Source of the DNA: Amoebidium appalachense
Lineage: Eukaryota; Protista; Ichthyosporea
NCBI GenBank assembly: GCA_963693365.1
Contig: CAVNZM010000001.1
Coordinates: 8,448,907 to 8,512,906, forward strand
DNA length: 64,000 nucleotides
Direction of reading: 5' to 3'
Shown here: positions 33,047 to 61,082 of the stretch, piece after piece
How the letters are laid out: every line of letters starts with the position of its first letter
How positions within the stretch are numbered: position 1 is the stretch's first letter
Position numbers and translations under genes: made by a program
The notes under the pieces: generated by a model
What the model was told of the DNA's origin: nothing
What the model saw: only the letters and a program-made list of their open reading frames with translations
Database searches by the model: none

Positions 33047-33814
33047 AAAGGGAATTCGAACCGCATGACACACGACCGTATAGTAGCAATGTTTAACAGT
33101 GTAGTCATTGCAGACACACACGTGTATACAGTCGTGAATTAGGCAAGTATCTATGTACGTTAATTTTACACGAAACTTTTGTGGTAACATCAGGACATTT
33201 CTCTTGGTTTAGTTAAATGCTCAAATTTACAGGCCTATAAGTAATAGTGTCGACGTTTATAATGAGAATGACACGGGGTTGCAAGGGGTGCAATTGGTAG
33301 AGAAATCAGTTCTGTTAACTGGCTCGATCATCAATAGTATTGTAGGCTTTCAGTACAGTACCATTGAGTATGAATGAATCTTCAAATGATGTAGACCAGT
33401 TTTGCTCACCGAGTCAAAAGATCGATGAAAATAAATGTACAAAACCAAAAGTTCGAGTTCTATCCTCTCTTGCCCACCTACAGCAGCCTCCATTCCTTCC
33501 CTCCGATGCATATGTGCTATAATATCCCTCACCCTCTTTCTTAACGAACATACGCACTATTTAAAGTTGGCGTGCTTCAGACTTGCCGGACTCCCCCCCC
33601 CCCCCTCTCTCTCCCTCCCTCCCCCCCCCCCCCCCAAAAAAAAAAGAAGAAGAAGAAGTAAAAAGAAAGAAAAAGGAAAACAGCAATCATTTTCAAAGAT
33701 TTCGCAAAACTGGTGGGGTTGGTGGAGGGAGGGGAAGAGCAGGGGAGGGGAAGGGGGGAGGGGGGAGGTGTATATTTTTAGAGATAGAGAGAGGGAGAGG
33801 GAACTCGGACAATA

Positions 33815-34475
33815 CAGGGGTGGTTCACACTTAAGATAATTCACCTATAAGATTCTAGCGTCTAGATTTTTTGAAAAACATCAAGATTCTAGAGTCTACC
33901 GAGGCTGGGGGCCCGGAGAATTAAGATAACAGGGGGGGGGGAGCAAGGCTTTGACTTCCCGGGGTGCACAACTTCAATAAAAAAAAAAAAATAGGCAGAT
34001 AATAGCTGCCTGATTTTTCTTGGCTTCCTATATCACTACATACAACTTGAAGCCGAAAGAATACAAAATCATCGCGTGTGTGTCTCCCACAAGCTTAACT
34101 GTCTGCTAGAGAGAGTGTGTGTGTGTGCGAGCGTATGCACCTGTTTGCGCGCGCGCGTGTGCGTCTGTGTGTTTGGTGTGTGTTTGGTGTGTGTGTGTGT
34201 GTGAGTGAGTGAGTGAGTGTGTGTGTGTGTGTGTGTGTGTCTGTGGTGTGTGTGTGTGTGTGCGCGCGCGCGCGCGTGTGTGTGTGCACGTGCGTACGAT
34301 GTGTGTCCACAAGTAGGCGCTTCCGAAGGGGAAAAAAAAACGCCTACTCGTACCCGTACTATTAAACACCTATAGCCCACTCGTACCCCCCTCCCCCTGC
34401 CCCCTTCCCCTCCCCCTCCCCCTCCCCTCCCCCCCCCCCCCACCTCTCCCCCCCCCCCCCCCCCCCCAAACCCAG

Positions 34476-34507
<32 letters not shown>

Positions 34508-34598
34508 ATATATGATGGCCTGGGGGGGGGGGGGGTTAAGATAATGAACCCTACCGCCCATGAACCTTAAGATTCTAGATAATAGTGAACCACCCCCG
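33815..34598. mobile_element. Non-autonomous TIR element (Tc1/mariner-type MITE-like)
   Basis: TA|CAGGGGTGGTTCAC ... GTGAACCACCCCCG|TA: 13/14-bp inverted termini with TA on both sides and no transposase ORF. Confidence 0.75.
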
Positions 34599-34714
34599 TA
34601 AGTGATGTAGAGGGATATCGATAGGGGAAGATAACATCATACCTTTCGGGCCATACATGTACAAAAATCATCGTGACTGTACACGTTCTACAGCCTCACT
34701 CGTTTTTAAGATTA

Positions 34715-37646
<2,932 letters not shown>

Positions 37647-38189
37647 TACTGTATTGTCGGTCGACTGCACACAACTAACCACCACACACCACAACATATG
37701 GCAGAATGTAACCACCTGCAGCTGCAGCATGGCACTGCACAGTGGCAGCAGCTGCTACAGCACAAACTAGAGGAGAAGTTGGCGTTACAATATGGTCCAA
37801 TATGGCTATATGATTATTGTTTGTCACTTACAGGAGGACACACGTGACCTAGAACTAGCTAGCTAGGATCACCGGCCAGTCAAAAAAAAAAAAAAAAGGG
37901 GGGGGGGGGGGGGGGGGGGGGGGGGCTGGGAGGGGGGGGCCTGGGATTTTCCCTGTGTCGAGCCTGCACGATTGCTGTCACATACTGTATGCATGCTGCA
38001 CATACTAGTACATAGCTACTATCTTTTTGCCAAAGGACGAGCGGAAGTGCTCGAGTTTACTTGGTTTCCCAAATTCAATTTGGACGAAGAGTAGTTCTTA
38101 TGTGTCCGCAGCGTGTGGCACAGCCGCTAGCTCGAACAGGGTGGTGTGTGCATATAAGTGTGCGCGAGGCTCTGTGCACGTGCCCCTGT

Positions 38190-38251
<62 letters not shown>

Positions 38252-38485
38252 TTTTGTGTGTGTGTGTGACGCAGGGAGGGCCCCGGGGGGGGGGGGGGGG
38301 AGGGGAGGGGGGCGGGGGGCTGGATGTGTGGATATGAATCTGTTCTCGGTGTTTAAGTGTGTTCCTACTTTTATTACATGTACTGTGTTTGTGTGTGTGT
38401 GTGTGCGCGTGCGCGCGCGCGTGTGTGTGTCAGGTGTGTGTGTTTGTGTGTGCGTGTGTGACATGTATGGATTTGTGTATGTCCG

Positions 38486-38556
<71 letters not shown>

Positions 38557-38911
38557 GCGCGCGCGTGTGGGCGTTTGCGTCTCTCTCTCTCTCTGTGTGT
38601 GTGTGTGACTGTGTTGGTGCGTTTGTGTACTGGTATTTGTGCGCATGCGTGTAAGTGCGCGGCGTGTTTGTGCGCATGCGTGTTCGTGTGCGTGTTTGTG
38701 TGCGTGTTTGTGTTTGCGTGTTTGTGTTTGCGTGTTTGTGTGTGTGTGCGCGCGTGCGTGTGTGTGCGTGTTTGTGTGCGCGTGTGCTTGCGTGTGTTTG
38801 GGTGGGTGTGGGTATGTGTGTACGGGTGTGTGTATGTCCGGCGTGCGTACATGTCCGCGTGTGTTGGTGCGTGTGTGTGCTGGTGTTTGAATTTGTGCAT
38901 TTTTGTGTGCG

Positions 38912-38975
<64 letters not shown>

Positions 38976-39026
38976 TGGGTGTGTGGGTGTGTGTGGGCGT
39001 CAGTGACCGTGTGTGTGTATGTGTGT

Positions 39027-39060
<34 letters not shown>

Positions 39061-39299
39061 ACACGTGTGTGGGTGTGTGCGTGTGTGGGTGTGTGCGTGT
39101 GTGCGTGTGTGCATGTATGCGTGTGTGCGTGTGTGCGTGTCTGAGTGTGTGCGTGTGTGCGTGCGCGTGTGCGTGTGCCCGGCGTGTGTGTGCGTGTGCG
39201 TGTTCCCGGCGTGTGTGTGTGCACGTGCACGTGTGTGTCCTGTGCTCAAAACGTGGGATCATTGGGCTCGAGTCAAAACGCATCTATGAGGTGGCGTTC

Positions 39300-39345
39300 A
39301 TTGATTGGCGGAGGATCCCGCCAAAACCATTGGCCAATCAGTTTG
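39300..39345. promoter_or_regulatory. Putative PP5 promoter elements (CCAAT boxes, E2F-like site)
   Basis: GATTGG at 39303, TCCCGCCAAA at 39316-39325 and ATTGGCCAATCA at 39329-39340, about 150-190 bp upstream of the ATG. Motif match only. Confidence 0.4.
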
Positions 39346-39492
39346 CTTCCAAAGTTTTCCAAAGATTCCCACCTTCACGTGTGCCCAAACAAAAAATTTA
39401 GTGACCCTTTATATGTGCAGCGTACGTGCGTGTGCTACTTAATGGCATAAGTAGGTTAGAAGGTAAATAAAGGACAGGCATACACTGTCATT

Positions 39493-51612
<12,120 letters not shown>

Positions 51613-51676
51613 GCGCACTCTTTATTTAAGGCGGAGGAGGAGGACGAGGAGGTGGAGGAGGGGAAGAGGGGACGGA

Positions 51677-51711
<35 letters not shown>

Positions 51712-52937
51712 GGGGGGGGAGGGGAGGAGGGGGGAGGGGGAGTTGTGGCTGGCTGGGACAGGCACCAACATGTTAGGACTATTGCAAGGGCTGGGGTGGT
51801 TTTTTGTGTTGACAGAATCACATCGAAGCATGTAGTTACTCAAGAATTGCTTAAGGAAATCTAGGGCACACACGGGCAAGGTTGATGGTGTATTCGCTTG
51901 ACATACGGGTCCATAAAGACATAATTATTCAGTTGTGTAAGCACCCACACGAACGTGTAGGAGGAGTAACTATTTTTGGATGTATGTCGGGACACACGAA
52001 GAGATGATGTCGGATGGCACTGCACCCTTTGGCAGAACCAGGTGGTCATTCAGTTTGCAGATTGCACATTCAACAGACAAAACGAGGCCTGGTGCCTTTC
52101 TGTATGAATCTTTTTTGATTGGAAAAATAATTGCACCGAAGTATATTATCATGGTGTTTGCTAAGTTGCATGTGCCGATGTGCATGGCTTAAGGTAGGTT
52201 ACCCCTGGGCCTGTCAGCACACAACCCCACACGTCATTCATTTTTGTATTTTGTGTGCAAATTCTTGGGAACAAAAATCACCTCGCGCATTTCATGTCTT
52301 TTACCGGTATGTTCATGATTCAGGCTCATCAGTGAATGTGTGTAAAGATGTCAATAGTGTGATGGACATTCTCACTCAGTGTTGCGCATGCCGAAATGAA
52401 ATCTGCAGTAGAACTGACGTTGTTCAGGCATTTTTCTTACCAGTATATATGCAAGCAACCTGAAACTGACTCTTTGTTATTGTTCAACTTGCCATGTGCA
52501 TTCAGCAGTCCGTGCATGGGCATGTGAAGCCGTGACATGGCCAGGCATAAGAATATGCCATAGTCATGGTGCGATGTGATCGGCGCGTTGCTGGTGCATG
52601 CTAAAGAAGAAAAGAGAAGGATCAACTGCCATCATTTTCTAGTATAATAGTAGCACACACAGCCAACCCATCACCCATCCCTCACCCTCTCCCTGGAACG
52701 TTTATTGACTCGCAACACGTTTACATACGTAAAACAACAGCTGTGCTTTTTTCGAACTCATGTTCTAATTATAAGTACTGTGACGGGCGCCGCGGTTTAT
52801 TCCTGCAGTGATATCACGGCATCTGCATTAATCCACCAATCAGCAGGCGGCAGATTATTCCGCTATTCAATCAAATCGCCGCTGTTGCTAGCCGTTCCAG
52901 CCTACACCTGGGCACACACAGGCACACACACAGGCAG

Positions 52938-54653
52938 ATGGCAGAAACGAAAAAACGTAGAGAGAGCATGGCCACGTTTTCATTGTGGGGCCCAAACAGA
53001 CCCGGAACGCCGCCCTCAAAAGCACGCCGCCAGCGTTCTCTCAACATGGCACAGGCACTTGGGCAGGCGCTTTCGCGCAATCAGACGCAGACATTCCTGG
53101 GAGTAGTCGCGTTCCTTTTGGCTGGGTATCTTTTGCTTAGCTCAATATCACCCCTGGGTGGGTCGACAAATGAGGCGGTTTTGGGCGAGCCTGTGTTTGG
53201 CGTCATGTTTGATGCTGGAAGCTCGGGATCCCGTGTGCATGTATACAAGTTTCTAAAGAGAGGTACGTGTACGCTTGGGAGATCTGTGTTGTTGGAGTTG
53301 TGTTTGACACCAGATCCACCTGGGAGGGCTGAGCTCGTTTGCATGTGTCCCTGCTTTTCTGTGTGTATATGGGTTGTGTGTGTATAAGGACGAATACTTG
53401 CCTGTTTTTGCTGCCTTATCTTCTACCTAGGTGAACATGAGTGCAGAAGAAACCAACTATTAGCGCTTGGGATCCCAGACGTGCAGGCCCCAACACGTGG
53501 GTGTGTGCTTTGCTTTGTTTTATGTGCTACCTGCACGCAAACAGGCGAAACGTGTGTTGTGCGCCTGACGTTTGTGTGCGTGCGTGCCTGCATGTATGTA
53601 CACGTGTGGACATGACAGCTTGTGTCCCTGTTCCTGTTCCTGTGAGCAGGTTTCGCGTGTGTGCATCGTCAATTGCTGCTTGTGTGGGCGTGGTCGTGTG
53701 TGCCTACGTGCCTGTTAACTTGTGACTGCTTCTTCACAGCAGTGTGGATTTTCGAAATTGGTTTAGCATGCCCCAAAGCTGGGTATTGTCTGCTTGTCAA
53801 TGTTTTAATGGGCACGATTTTTTCCCTATGGGTGTGTTGTCTTGGTATGGTTCTGATGAGTGGGCTTGCTGTTTCGCCCGCCCACTGATGCAACACACAC
53901 ACCGAGACACAGGCGCAATGACACGCATACACGCACTAACACACACACACACACGTGCACACGAGAGCACACACACGCGCGCACACACACACAAACATAC
54001 ATACATACACACACACACACAGGCGCTGATCTTGAGTTGCAAGACGAGCTGTTTGAGCAGATATCCCCTGGCCTGTCTGCGTTTGCAAAGTCCGACAAGG
54101 ACATTCTTGAGGTATATGCCCCCCTCCCCGCCCCCCGCTCCCCTTCCCGCCTCCCCCTCCTCCCCTCACCGCAAAAGGGCGCTGCTTCGGTGTCATACTC
54201 TCTCTTGTGTGTGTTTGCCAAACTTAATTTTTGTGTTGTCCGTTGTACATATACGTTGCGCTTGTGCAACACAAGCTGAATTCTCCCACCGTGTTGAACA
54301 CCCACCGGCCCTCCGGATAAGTAGGGGGCTTAACTCCACCGGAAAAGAGATGCACGAGCTGCATACTCGATCGATGGTCGTTTTGGTTTTGGCACGCAGT
54401 CCTATCTATGCCCTGCACCAAGCACTTCTGTTATTTTTTTTTTTTTTTTTTTTTTGGTGGCGGTTGGGGAGGGGGGGAGGGGGGCCTTCGCACTCTGTAC
54501 CACACACTCCTATCTCCACTCACCACCCTCACCCCCACTTCTACACGTACATCCCCTCGTCACACACCCCCCCCCCCCCACCTCAACTACCCACACGCTT
54601 GTTAACTCCTTAGCTTCACTGGTCTGCCTATAATGCCTTGGGTATCCCCCTCC

Positions 54654-54689
<36 letters not shown>

Positions 54690-55286
54690 CTCTTGACACG
54701 GGCACTGTGGATGACATGCCCCCCCCCTCCCTCCCCCCCCCTCCCCTCCCTCTCCCCCGAGTGAGGAGGGGCTCTGCTTATTATGCATCCTCTTTGTGTG
54801 TGGTTTGCAGGCTCTGCGTTATCCAATGGATGCAAAAAACTTCCTCCTCCCCTCCCCCCTCCCCTCCCCCCGTCCCCCCCTCTAGTGTGACTAACCCCCT
54901 CCCCTCTCCCCCCCTTTCTCGGGTGTGACTAACCCCTCTCCACCCCCCCCCCCCCTCCCCCACCCCCCAAGTAGTTTTACTAACCCTCGGTCTTCCCCGC
55001 ATCCCTCTCCCCCTAAAGTTTGACTAACCCTCCGCTCTCCCCCCCCCTCCACCCACCCTCTCACCCCCAGAGTGCTGACAAGAACATCAAGCCGTTGCTA
55101 GACAAGGCCTTGGCAGCTGTGCCCAAGGAATACCAGAAGAAGACTCCGGTGGTGCTGCGTGCCACTGCTGGCTTGCGCAAAATAGGAGAGACAGATGCAA
55201 ACCGCTTGCTGGAGCAGGTGTGTGTGGGCGTGCGTGTCAGCTTGGACGGAAAGGGTGATTGGGGAGGGGGGATGGGGTGTGTGTGT

Positions 55287-55325
<39 letters not shown>

Positions 55326-56406
55326 GGGGGTAGGAGTGGAGGAGTGGAGGTGCCTGTATGTGTGTGCGCCGGGAAGGAAGTGATTGTGGGGGAAGATTGT
55401 GGGGTCTGTGGTTTGGAAAAGGGGGGGGATAAGAGGGGTCGGAGACTCAGGTGTTGGGGATGTACACAGGTGCGGATTCTGTTCCGACAGGGACCCTTCA
55501 TGTTCAAGGACGAGTGGGTGTCTATCATGGATGGCCTGGATGAGGGTAGGTGCATGCATACACTCACTGGCACCACGTGCAATAGAAGCCATGTTTTTTA
55601 CTTGCGCAAACATTTTTCGGCATGTATACATGTGCTCATGCACACATAGTTTGCATGCGTACATGTGCATACATACAGTTACTTGCACACACGTATCTAG
55701 CTGCTCGTGATGTCCATTATTAGATGCAAGTCTTTAACAGTCACATGAGCACTGAAACATGCTCGCGCTCTGGTCACACCCGCGCGCGCACACGAGACGC
55801 ACATGCTCGCATGAACACAAACACGCATGCATGCACGCTTGTGCATGTACACATACACACGTACACGCACACACATACACAAACACATACACTGCTCATG
55901 CTTGCAAACATGCACGCATGCACAGCACACCATTTTACACACACACCAGTGCCACACCACCTTCCTGTTATGAAACATACACCATGCATATCTGTCTGCA
56001 TGCACAACCTAACTTACACAAGCAAGGTGTATCTTCAGGCACACACACACACAAGCGCACACACGCCACATTCCAGCATGCTTGGGGGCACGCCTGTTTG
56101 CATAGACACAGCCACACAACTCAGGCACAAACACACGGTCTGCCAGGTTTGGTCATACTCTTGCTCTCACCGTGGTTGAAACCACACGCTAAATGCTCCG
56201 TATGTATTACTCCATCATGGGATGCGCACATTTCTTTCGTTGTTTCTCTTCTTTTTTCCCCTTTGTTGTTTGTGCTCATTTGCATGTGTGTGCTTGCAGG
56301 GGCGTATGCGTGGGTGACTGTCAACTATCTGCGCAAGCTGCTGGGCAAGCCCCCCGGTGAGACGTACGGTGTGCTGGACCTGGGTGGTGGCTCCACACAG
56401 GTGTGT

Positions 56407-56498
<92 letters not shown>

Positions 56499-56610
56499 AT
56501 GCTTCTTCGTCTGTTTTTTCTATTTTCGTCTCCCCCTCCTTTTTTTTTTTTTGGGGGGGGGGGGGGGGGGAAGAGGGATTTTTTTTTTTGTCTGTTTGTT
56601 TTGGTTACAA

Positions 56611-56651
<41 letters not shown>

Positions 56652-58128
56652 ATTTTTTGGCTGTGCGAGTGTGTGTGTGTTTGTCACCTTGGGTGTTTTG
56701 TGTCCATTTTCGAAGAAGGTGATATGTGTGCATGTTTGCTCTCTGAGTCTGTATGCATCTATGTAAAGGCAATGTAGGGTAACGTTGGGCTTTCCGGGAT
56801 CCGAGCCCGATTTTTTTTCCCCTCTATTCATTAGGGGGGGGGGGGAGGGGGGGGGGGGGGGGGGGGGGGGGGAGACGAAAGAAAAGAAAAAAAGGAAGAA
56901 AGAAAGAAAAACGACTAAACAAAGGTTAGTATGCGGAGAGGAGAAGGCGGTGGGAAAAGGATCTGGAGAAAGGAAAAGGAAAAGGAAAACGAAAAGGAGC
57001 ACTGCTCGTGGCATTATATGCTATTGTTTGTTGCAAGAGTCCCGGCGGGGGGGGGGGGGGGGGGGGGGGGGGTTTGAGCTCTATTCTGGAAAATTCAGAA
57101 CCTAAAAACAATGCCCTTTCGGGTTGCTGCAGATTGCATTTGCTGTGACCGCCGAGGAAGCCAAGATGTCACCCAACTATGTCCAGGTGCGCAAGTTCGG
57201 CACCACCACATACAACATCTACATCAACAGCTACCTTGGGTACGGCCTGAACGAGGCACGCACGTCCATCTTCAACGCATCCCTCGCCCCTACCGGAAAC
57301 TTGCAGGGTGTTTGTCTACCCCCCGCATACCAAGGCCACTGGCAAACAATCGAACTTGTAGCGCACGCGAACGCCGCCACCGCAAAACCAGAAATCCAAC
57401 CTTCGTGCGCGCGTCACGTTCTCAAGTCGCTGTTTGAGCCTGTGCAGTGTGAGGTGGATAGGTGTGCTATTGCTGGGGTGCCGCAGCCGCGGGTGGACAC
57501 GAGGCAGTTCCATGCGTTCAGTTTCTACTATGATAGGGCCGTGGACCTGGGTCTTCTTAAGGTGTGTGGGTGTGGGGGGATGGGGGGAAAGATGGGGGGG
57601 GGGAGGGGGGGGTTGGAGAGATGGATGTGGGAGGATACTGGTGACAAGGGGATAGGTTGGTTTGGGAGAGGGAAAGTAACATAAGAAAACCCAACCACAT
57701 GAGTATAATCAAATGGCAACAGGATCGGGAAGGAGAAAAAACAAACAAACAAACAAAAAAAAACCTCCACTGGCGTATAATTTAATGGGAAAGGGAGGTG
57801 AGGGAGAGATGGAAAAAAAGGGGGGGGGGGGGGGGGTGGGGTGAGGAGGGGGGGGGGGGGGGGGGGGGGAGGGGGGGGGGGAGGGAGCAAGTGGCTGTGT
57901 ATAAGGACAAACTAACGAATCGACTATGTTTACAGGACGATGACCACGGTGCAGAGCTCAACCCCCGGCACTTCAAGGAGGCTGCACGCACCGTATGCCC
58001 CCTCAGTGAGACGGAGATCAAGGCAAAGTACCAGGTCACAAAGGGTATGTTGAGTGTGTGTGTGTTTGCTGGTTACCATCACTGATTGTGCATGCATTCT
58101 TATTTCCTTGATCGCTTCAAGCGACTTT

Positions 58129-58172
<44 letters not shown>

Positions 58173-58450
58173 CCACCACCACCACCACCACCACCACCAT
58201 CCCAAAAAAAAACCAAAAAAAAACCAAAAAAAACCACACCCACACACGCTCAATCACACACACACACACAAACAACCCCACCACCACCACCAACACGAAC
58301 CACACAAACAACCCTTACCAAGCTATGCCCCCCCCCCCCCCCCCCTCCCCCCCCCCCTGCCTGTCCTCTTCCTCCCCCCTCCCCCTCCCCCCCCCCCTCC
58401 CCCCCCCCCCCCCCCCCAAAACCCGCCTCTCCTCTCTCCCCCCCCCCCCC

Positions 58451-58488
<38 letters not shown>

Positions 58489-58746
58489 CCACCCTCACCC
58501 TCTGCCTGCCCGCCCGCCCCTCCTCCTCCTCCCATTCCGCAAATCACTGACCTTTTTTCTTTTTTTTCAACCCCTACAGAGGCGGATGTTCCTTTCCAGT
58601 GCGTAGACCACACATACATCTACAGTCTTCTTCACGGCTTGGGTTTTGCCGATGACAGCCGGCTTATGCTGACCAAAAAGATTAACGGTATAGAGACTGG
58701 GTGGTGCCTGGGTGCTACCATCCAGGAACTCATGAACCTTGATTAG
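52938..58746 (+). CDS. GDA1/CD39-family nucleoside diphosphatase (ENTPD5/6-like, type II membrane)
   Basis: Exons 52938-53262, 54023-54111, 55071-55217, 55470-55545, 56300-56400, 57133-57561, 57936-58044, 58580-58746. N-terminal TM ([15 protein letters not shown]) and all five apyrase conserved regions: [38 protein letters not shown]. Confidence 0.95.
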
Positions 58747-59528
58747 GTTAAAAATCCTGGTTAAAACAGGCTAAAACACGAAAATTGTTTTTCAAATACA
58801 ATTTTCAAGTTGCGCCATATTCTTTAACAGTTTACGATCCCCCCCCGGTGCTGAAATTTGGAACAGTTTAGGAAGGGTTAATGAAGCGTGCCGGTGGGTG
58901 TGTGGTAGGGAGGTATGGCTGCCCGGTGCAGCCCGTATGTACATAGTTCTATAAATAGCAGGCAGGCCCAGCTGCAGGTCGGCGTAATCTTTGGCCCTGC
59001 CAGCAGATTGGTTCCATCAATAAACGCATGTTCGTGGCGCACACGGTGTAATGCGATGGTTTGTGCCAATATTCCTACTTTTTTAGTGACTGTCGCTTCT
59101 AAAAATTTTTTTTTTTTTGTTCCGTGCTAAAACTTCCTGCCAAAATTCTACATTTGGCTAATCGCGATCGGTGCAGTCGTGCTCAAATTCTTGGTGCATA
59201 CATTGTCAAATGTTTATGCATACACGTGACTGAGTGGGATTTATATACACATGTGTGATCACCAACCGTACCATGGTCCGAGGGCATCCTTGAGTTGAAG
59301 GTATTCGATTGCACCGGTGTAACTTTATTGGTAACATTTATAATTTAGCCTTTATGCAGGCTTTCTATCGGGGTGTGTGAAGTTCAACCTGTTTGTGCAA
59401 ATCCAGCTCTATAACTAGCTCGAGGTTGGTGTGCATGCATGCCGTGAGTAATTAAGGGGATGTGTGTCTGTGTAATGTTTGGTCGGTGGCAAAGCCAAAG
59501 GGGTGATTGAGTGAGTGTGTGTGTATAT

Positions 59529-59976
<448 letters not shown>

Positions 59977-60239
59977 ATGCAACAGCCGCAAGTTGCAGCG
60001 AGCTGAACAATTCTGCAAAACACAGCATAATTATTCAGAATCTGCCTTTGGCAGACATTGCTATAACGATTCAATCCAGCGAATTAGAGCAGAATTATTT
60101 ATTAGAATCCGTAAGAATGATTATGGTAACTGAGAAGCATTCTGCTTGGAGGAATGCTGCAGGACAGAGTTCCTGCAGAAGCAGAATTATGAACATGATA
60201 TCATTGTGTCGGTTTACATTACATGTGTCTGTGTGCACG

Positions 60240-61048
60240 TCGTGTGTACACGACTTTCGAAATTCTCACAGATTTTTGGAATTCAATCAGATTATTCCGT
60301 TAGAAATTAGAAGACTGGCTTATTTAGATAATCCTGATATTACTTTCCTCCATCGTTAGGTACTGACACTTTAATCAGCCGTGGTTAACCAAATTCCCGT
60401 TTCTCAAGTTTTTATCGGTGACTTCAATTGTGCAGTGGTTCCGTGTGATAGGGAACATACCCCGTCCCCAGCACATATTCGTCCTTTTTCTGACCGTGCT
60501 CGTGTCCTCGCCAACCTTCTTCGAAAGCACCTTGTCCGTCTTCCTCGCGTTTTCGCTAACCATGCGACTGACTGGGGTGCCTCGTTTTGGGACTCCACCT
60601 TTCGAGTAATTTCCCCCACCCGATTCCTTACGGCGTAGTTCGGACCATTCCCCTGTACAATTTTCGGTTTCCTTCCCTGTTCACTTCGGCGGGGCTACTC
60701 AGACTAACGGCCGCCTCTTATCTCGCGGTTTCAAGCACAAGTTAAACCAGTTACTCGCCATCAAGGAGTATGAGTCGGTTCATGGCTTCTTTCTTGCCGC
60801 AGTGCGCGACGCCCGTGCGCAGCGGAACCCGGCTATTTTGGAGGTTTGTTATAATGAGTTTGTTGAGTTTCTATTTGCCCTTGGCGAGCAGGTGGTGGGC
60901 ACGGTTGAATACCCTTCCGTTCGGCTGAGACAGTCTCACGTTTTGCAGTCCCTACGACAGTTGTTGCCTCTACAGGAAGCATTATTGGTCTGGAAATCCG
61001 CCGGTCGGTTTGGGCCTTCCGTGCAAGTCTATGCCCCGTCTCCTTCCA

Positions 61049-61082
<34 letters not shown>

